The notes below the pieces were generated by a model that saw only the letters and a program-made list of their open reading frames with translations, ran no database searches and was not told where the DNA came from. Made by a program: the position numbers and the translations under genes. Shown piece after piece: positions 60,401 to 64,000 of a DNA stretch of 64,000 nt. The DNA comes from Promethearchaeota archaeon (GTDB taxonomy: Archaea > Asgardarchaeota > Lokiarchaeia > Sigyniarchaeales > SOKP01), in NCBI GenBank assembly GCA_048937405.1, contig JBHLNF010000003.1, forward strand, positions 32,001-96,000. The letters are read 5' to 3'. Within the stretch, counting starts at the first letter, position 1. The number at the start of each line of letters is the position of its first letter.

Positions 60401-63400
60401 ATTGGTTGAGGTTAACTGATTTTGGCTTTATGATCCCCAGTACGGCAATCATTACCGGAATTGAGGTGGCTATGGATAGGTATGCGAATGTAAGTTCTAT
60501 TTATAGTAATGGTTTGTATTTACTCAAGTCTGGTGTGGAAGTTGGAATTGGAAAAGATATTGGAACTATATGGGACACCGTTGATGATGATAATTATGAT
60601 GTGTTCGGAGGTCCCGGAGAGTTGTGGGATGAGTCGTGGAGTTATTCTGATATTAATGATCCTGAATTTGGGATTCAATTGTCCGTATCTTCTATAGAAT
60701 CTTTTGATAGAAAAGCCTGTATTGATGATTTGAATATAACTATATATTATATCGAGCCGGAAGTTACTGCTGAGGTGTGGTTTGATGCGTTAAATTCCTT
60801 GGCACAAGACGATAATAGCGTCTATGTAGTGTTTAATGCAACGACAGAAAATAGTTCAAATTGGCTACGGTTGAGTAATTTTGGCTTTTCACTTCCCTCT
60901 GATGTGGTTATTAATGGTATTACGGTGGAGGTAGATAGAGCGGCAACTCAGAGTGCTGCGATCAGAGACGGCGAGATCTATCTGCGGAAGACAAGCGGTC
61001 GGGTTGGTGATAATAAGGCAAGTGCCTCGTGGTGGGATACTGTGGATGATGATGTGTATGATAGCTATGGTGGATCAACAGATTTGTGGGGGACTACATG
61101 GTCTTATTCTGATATTAACGATCCAGAGTTCGGAGTGGATCTGTATGTGGAAAATTTCGGAACGGGTGATGTCAATGCCAGTATCGATCATATAGTAATT
61201 ACGGTGGATTATACTCTACTCCCTCAGAATCAGCAACCCTGGGTGAATTCTCACTATGCGGGAGATCAGGATGATGATGAAACTTATGCCTCGTTTAGCA
61301 CGTCAACAGAAAGCAGTTCTGATTGGCTGATGCTGACAAATTTTGGTTTCTCTTTGCCATCAGATGCGGTAATCGATGGTATTACAGTAGAAATAGATAG
61401 GTTCGCAACCCAAGCATCTTCGATTAGAGACGTGGCGGTGTATCTAATGAATACAAGTGGCCCAGTTGGTGATAATAAAGCCAGCGCCTCGTGGTGGGAT
61501 ACCATGGATGATGATAACTACGATAGTTATGGCGGTGCATCTGATTTGTGGGGGATTACTTGGGACTATTCAGATATCAACAATCCTGATTTCGGTATGG
61601 TGATGTATGTGGAGTATCTAGGGTCTATGGCTACTGAAGCCAGAATTGATCATGTTCGTATTATCGTCAATTATACGATTCAGCCTACATTACAGCAGGA
61701 TAGCGGTGTTGTACGTCCTGATGGGGATGTTATGACTCAGTGGAATGCGTCGACAGCAGGGGATCATTATCTCTTACTTAATGAAGGTATTATCGATCCC
61801 ACGGTACCCAATACTAATAGCGGGTATATCTTTACTTCCAGTTCCAGTAGTGGATCATATATTATTGATGAATTTACGATGGAAACACTTGATATCAGCA
61901 GCGGAAATATCACACAAATCGAGATTAAAGTCTACGGCAATGAAACAATAAGTATTGATTCTACCATAGATGTATATTGCGGTGGTAGCTGGCTAGGAGC
62001 GCAACAACTAAATATGGGCACAAACGGATGGTATACCTATACCTGGAATGGGTTAAGTTTATCACAGGCGGATTTAGATGGAATGCAGGTAAAGTTTAAT
62101 TCAATCGTTCCCGATCCGATTCTTTCCAATCCAACCTACGAAGATTTTGATTTTGTACAATACGGAGATATTGTAGATCATATTCTCGGAAGTTCAAATA
62201 GCCAAACCGTAATTACCTCGTGGATTTTTCCAACCGCATTAACTTCAAATGTGAGTGAAAACGGATTGAATAATGTATTTATTTCAAAAAATGGTAATCT
62301 AGAATTGGGAATCAGCGAAGATGGACATCTACAGGTGTATATGAAGACAGTCGGTGCTGAAGCAACCGCCGAATATGGTACTTTTGGAGGAATAGACTTG
62401 GACCAATGGACCTATATTGCGGTGCGATATGATAAGGGTGATGTTGATGTGCTTATCGGGGATGCTTGGTACACCTCGGCAATCGGTGATGTTCCAGAAC
62501 CATGGAACGGTGGTGGAAATTTTATTAGTGGTGCTGAATTTATCATCGGTGCAGAACTTACTAACTATATCTGCTTTACAGGAAGATTAGATGAGGTAAG
62601 TCTGTTTAATCGATCGGTTTCTGATTCAGAGATTGAGCATCACGGTACTCGATCAATTCCTCCCTCACTTGATTTTCATCTTGAGTTTGAAGAAAATACT
62701 GGTTACTCTACCTTCGATTCCGTGCATAATTACGAAGGGACTTTAGAAGGAAATACAGCGTGGGTTAGTGGGTATGATGGTTACGGTCTCAATTTTGATG
62801 GACAGGGTACTATTGTGTATGAAGAAAGATTTGCATCATATATGTATGCCACCTATTCGATTATTTCCTATGAATATTTTAGTGGTGGGGGTAGCTTTGA
62901 TAACACCTTATCGGCGGGAACCGCAGCAAATGTGGATAGGGATTTAGGTAGTAGCAGTACAGAACTTACTCGGTCTCCAGCTACAACGACCTCGGTTGAC
63001 AGAGGCGGTGAAGACTGGTCGAACCTAGAGAATGTGCAGTCCCAGGATAATGTCTACGCTTCTGCCGATTTGGTAGAAGGTGGTGGGAGCGGTGTTATCA
63101 TTGAGGATTATGTGGATAGTGATACCTCGGATGTGGATGGAGTTCCTGATGAGGGGACCTTAATTGATTTCAATAATATGCAGGCATTGGATGTAATATA
63201 TGCAACTATCACAGAGGTTGGTGATAGTGGAGAGGGAGGTACTTTCGGGTACGGGATAGGAGAGGGGGATACAGTGACATCAAACGGCTTTTTGTATGTG
63301 GCTGGGGTTACGGGTTCCACGGTTGCCACCTTTACGGGAGATGGGATGGTAGAGAGTATTTGGATAGATATTTATGAGGATTATGGAGGAGTGCTTGATT

Positions 63401-64000
63401 TTTATCTGGGTACCATATCTGGAACTAGTTTTGTGTTCAAGCAGTACGATCCGATTTGTTCTATTGATCCTTCGGCTGTGGGTTGGCAGGAGTTTACAGC
63501 CCCTGATGATTTTACGGCGTTTATGGTGGAAGCGGGGGATGCGCTGGGCTTTTATAGTAGTACCAGTGCGGTAACGGTAGGAAGGTCAAGCTCAGGGTCG
63601 TATATGTCCTATCATTACAGTAGTGCGACTCGTCCGTATAGCGGAAGTGTTACGCTTAGTTCTTCGACGAGTAGGAGATTAGAGATCTTGGCAACGGCAA
63701 GTCCGCTTTCGTCTGATTATGTGGTGGAGCAAGAAGTGCAATTTACTGATGTAATGGACTTTATGGCAGTGGAAGAGCTGTGTATTAACACGGGTAGTAT
63801 GAGTGCAGAAGACCTGGCGGTGGAATACTGGGACGGAGATTCCTGGGAGGTGATTGCCTCAGATTTAACCGCATCAGCCTGGAATAATTATTCTGTGTCA
63901 TTGGATAGCTCAACCTTTACCGTTCGGTTTAGTGATAGTACCAAGACGGGAGATACCACTACGCAGGATAGTTGGACTATCGATGCAATGTTGTTGAAGT
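54457..64000 (+). CDS. Giant (>3180 aa) 7-TM cell-surface protein with LamG-like and repeated jelly-roll ectodomains (3' end outside window)
   Basis: Frame +1 is open from ATG 54457 (MSKIKQEPNEL...) to the window end, so it is absent from the ORF track. Basic N-terminal ~450 aa; hydrophobic helices at 55801-56470; acidic Gly/Ser/Thr/Asp-rich ectodomain with many N-x-S/T sequons; DEDGDGYPD Ca-type loop (57268-57294); LamG C-part ...WTYIAVRY...FTGRLDEVSLFNR. Confidence 0.88.
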   Translation, partial: MSKIKQEPNELKLSNMKNKERFYNIKLSKITNKNRLCQYNGQFNEIRRFRQWLYRNNLSFLKFKEELQNIWSIFKRYEETKMYTTHDLLFMKIIRQRNINSSSLIISKEFHSILNKEKMQLYQLLKRISENYKHQTHVGFLDYYSSDNQERPITSSSASGLLTKEIGWKQNRIIPYDDPTSREVWEENQILEYHLAQKEEITQKRLLERKKLYKKDLQIQKKLEIEYRTKLDEVSNDLRWIRLLNNNNDFNVISILKEKEKFEHFFVENNLPDQEYIAFLRLYKEIKKRYNFLKKIGYQKHTSLSYREAQLNFLKEQECLINDYFNGIKRNNEFIKQTSSFNKQARQFIRNIIKNNSSLNLTSEHPEFLFINHDKEKIEKIPYYLDCINDLLILAQNRKYVKKILTKNINSIKIQKKNNHKKQEKSSEKENLYSKKIFKNKFAKNFVKSLPLISLVLVPLLMVFSPGDNFYSGYLLTYFPFMQVLIFTICLLIYTWDLVLSKAQLLFVTVSPIILFNLIVLISEIFGARVSLYITPIMLIPSYFVLRNIPKKIERESENLKHLYHKSKILILWVLLSISFVLFWIIFVFFPRLLFVPAFIIIVSIVLFTKKCNYQKSRIVDQLKKKYFDYRYRKSSQKEFSCYNANNYRAALLMAIFLVFMPLLFSINSIVRIDCPDLQFSRIPQDLRLKTSDIDYDNLEYLSSLDVLEDLSFNGKFIARCQISPNWGASASIRVRLIPKNVTPVEGYQLKKFYDIYSKDKTGPLKNYSLITHISLNELDLLPGKYEAKVYYTEISGFSYRIAEPKIYEVTLEKDALKILPTHPFDLGEDVNYGAVYTFEYENSWNITFDGRLTNSLEEGIQANLTLFLEDHNKWVNIANITTTENGSFFFEYAKFGSFEVNALAKIEFAGDDLYEPLMYEEYAGLEFSIDGGRFFRDEDGDGYPDWPYSLYDLLEALKAQDEYYSNALDFFDEFDTGYGSTTTETIHGYTGTLNGNTAWGSGVRDYGLVLDGDGNIMYDINEFFNIYMYATYSILSYEYFSGGGTYGSTGSPTTTSSEIRTAGGEPVAEIYSAQTALDINRIVGGGGSFDSTLSAGTVANVNRDIYISESTELHPTSSTTSVERGGEDWSNPGNVQSQDNVYASADLVEGGGSGVIIEDYVDSDTSDVDGVPDEGTLSDFNNMQTVDATHSTITEEGIGGSGGTFGYGIGEGNTVTSNGFLYVAGVTGSTIATFTGDGVVESIWIDIYEDYGGVLDFYLGTISGTSFVFKQYDPICSIDPSVVGWQEFTAPDDFTAFMVEAGDVLGFYSSTSAVTVGRSSSGSYMSYHYSSATRPYSGSVTLSSSTSRRLEILATASPLSSDYVAEQEVQFTDVMDFMAVEELCINTGSMGAEDLAVEYWDGDSWEVIASDLTASAWNNYSVSLDSSAFTVRFSDGTKTGDTTTQDSWTIDAMLLKYSGGGVNEDYVDSDTSDVDGAGDLGALADFDDMKATDSSYSTLTETSGSVVWYNGTTPSDLILVTSPDISGTAVTYTTFNEGNLATDDDAYGGFNIQDEGSGNPTQQVFHYFDFDISGLGISGSELDQLIFEAEYYFHGGTSLAPVSSADVWEMEGNSIDSAIMIYDWTALSWSVMGSMDFLNENNLANWDQTSDTNAERPLIRSKTSGFTDGHISGSGIIRIMCNITGTFQGTSYDGVGVVDYAKIDFCYSSGSEYQLEQEVQFEDIPDEADQMPIKELCIKTGSMGAEDLAVEYWNGDSWETLFSDLTASSWNNISILGYLSAPTFIIRFSDGAKTSDVSGDVWNIDVVLIHLENSGGGSGGGNSESDCLRIDLDYILPGADLIEGLTIDGIEVRIDRHASVASALLDYWVQLRNASGPKGDNKASAVYWDATDTDTYTVYGSSFDVWGTSWTVAEINSGGFGIDIVVNASTNSIAYIDHVIVLVYYSGFVSGREWQNPTGAQVQDDIVTFTEFEGLIESESDWLRLTDFGFMIPSTAIITGIEVAMDRYANVSSIYSNGLYLLKSGVEVGIGKDIGTIWDTVDDDNYDVFGGPGELWDESWSYSDINDPEFGIQLSVSSIESFDRKACIDDLNITIYYIEPEVTAEVWFDALNSLAQDDNSVYVVFNATTENSSNWLRLSNFGFSLPSDVVINGITVEVDRAATQSAAIRDGEIYLRKTSGRVGDNKASASWWDTVDDDVYDSYGGSTDLWGTTWSYSDINDPEFGVDLYVENFGTGDVNASIDHIVITVDYTLLPQNQQPWVNSHYAGDQDDDETYASFSTSTESSSDWLMLTNFGFSLPSDAVIDGITVEIDRFATQASSIRDVAVYLMNTSGPVGDNKASASWWDTMDDDNYDSYGGASDLWGITWDYSDINNPDFGMVMYVEYLGSMATEARIDHVRIIVNYTIQPTLQQDSGVVRPDGDVMTQWNASTAGDHYLLLNEGIIDPTVPNTNSGYIFTSSSSSGSYIIDEFTMETLDISSGNITQIEIKVYGNETISIDSTIDVYCGGSWLGAQQLNMGTNGWYTYTWNGLSLSQADLDGMQVKFNSIVPDPILSNPTYEDFDFVQYGDIVDHILGSSNSQTVITSWIFPTALTSNVSENGLNNVFISKNGNLELGISEDGHLQVYMKTVGAEATAEYGTFGGIDLDQWTYIAVRYDKGDVDVLIGDAWYTSAIGDVPEPWNGGGNFISGAEFIIGAELTNYICFTGRLDEVSLFNRSVSDSEIEHHGTRSIPPSLDFHLEFEENTGYSTFDSVHNYEGTLEGNTAWVSGYDGYGLNFDGQGTIVYEERFASYMYATYSIISYEYFSGGGSFDNTLSAGTAANVDRDLGSSSTELTRSPATTTSVDRGGEDWSNLENVQSQDNVYASADLVEGGGSGVIIEDYVDSDTSDVDGVPDEGTLIDFNNMQALDVIYATITEVGDSGEGGTFGYGIGEGDTVTSNGFLYVAGVTGSTVATFTGDGMVESIWIDIYEDYGGVLDFYLGTISGTSFVFKQYDPICSIDPSAVGWQEFTAPDDFTAFMVEAGDALGFYSSTSAVTVGRSSSGSYMSYHYSSATRPYSGSVTLSSSTSRRLEILATASPLSSDYVVEQEVQFTDVMDFMAVEELCINTGSMSAEDLAVEYWDGDSWEVIASDLTASAWNNYSVSLDSSTFTVRFSDSTKTGDTTTQDSWTIDAMLLK
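57829..58828 (+). repeat. Long intragenic direct repeat, copy 1
   Basis: Near-identical to 63001-64000 at a constant offset of 5172 bp (57901/63073, 58201/63373, 58801/63973). Confidence 0.92.
63001..64000 (+). repeat. Long intragenic direct repeat, copy 2 (continues beyond window)
   Basis: See copy 1; weaker homology extends back to 62668 versus 57361. Confidence 0.92.

Noticed and set aside
54567-63574. Short ORFs listed in the track within the last 10 kb
   Set aside because: All are antisense or off-frame shadows of the giant frame +1 ORF; duplicated ones simply mirror the repeat
57829-64000. Diversity-generating retroelement TR/VR pair
   Set aside because: Differences between the copies are not adenine-specific and are often synonymous; the repeat is at least 1 kb and in-frame coding; no reverse transcriptase in the window

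Overview
AT-rich archaeal DNA, most likely an Asgard archaeon (Lokiarchaeia/Promethearchaeota). This is inferred from a gelsolin-domain protein, an SDS22-type LRR protein, a UxxC peroxiredoxin-like selenoprotein, a heliorhodopsin, hdrB and a Loki-typical helical domain. Housekeeping genes include corA, two mscS, hdrB, two AlaX, archaeal MtaB, an intein-containing class II RNR, gdhA, aconitase, fumC and TatD. Main points of interest: (1) Six paralogous membrane-anchored left-handed beta-helix (LbH) acyltransferase-like genes sort into three subunit types, arranged A+B+C, AB and AB+C. Together they resemble a split, stand-alone version of the three-domain C-terminus of Pls/PosA-type poly-amino-acid synthetases. 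Only type A keeps a His at the aligned site, and a GH3/ANL-like adenylating enzyme and an operonic C-N hydrolase lie in the same region. (2) A giant ORF missed by the ORF track (54457 to beyond 64000, more than 3180 aa) has a cytoplasmic N-terminus, about 7 TM helices and an acidic ectodomain built by four-level nested domain insertion, with a recent 5172-bp-period duplication and a GC jump. (3) A selenoprotein with an in-frame UGA lies upstream of the heliorhodopsin. (4) A gelsolin-headed helical rod is followed by a headless paralog. (5) Several pseudogenes carry in-frame stops. No rRNA, tRNA or CRISPR array was recognised. All calls are by eye, without database searches.
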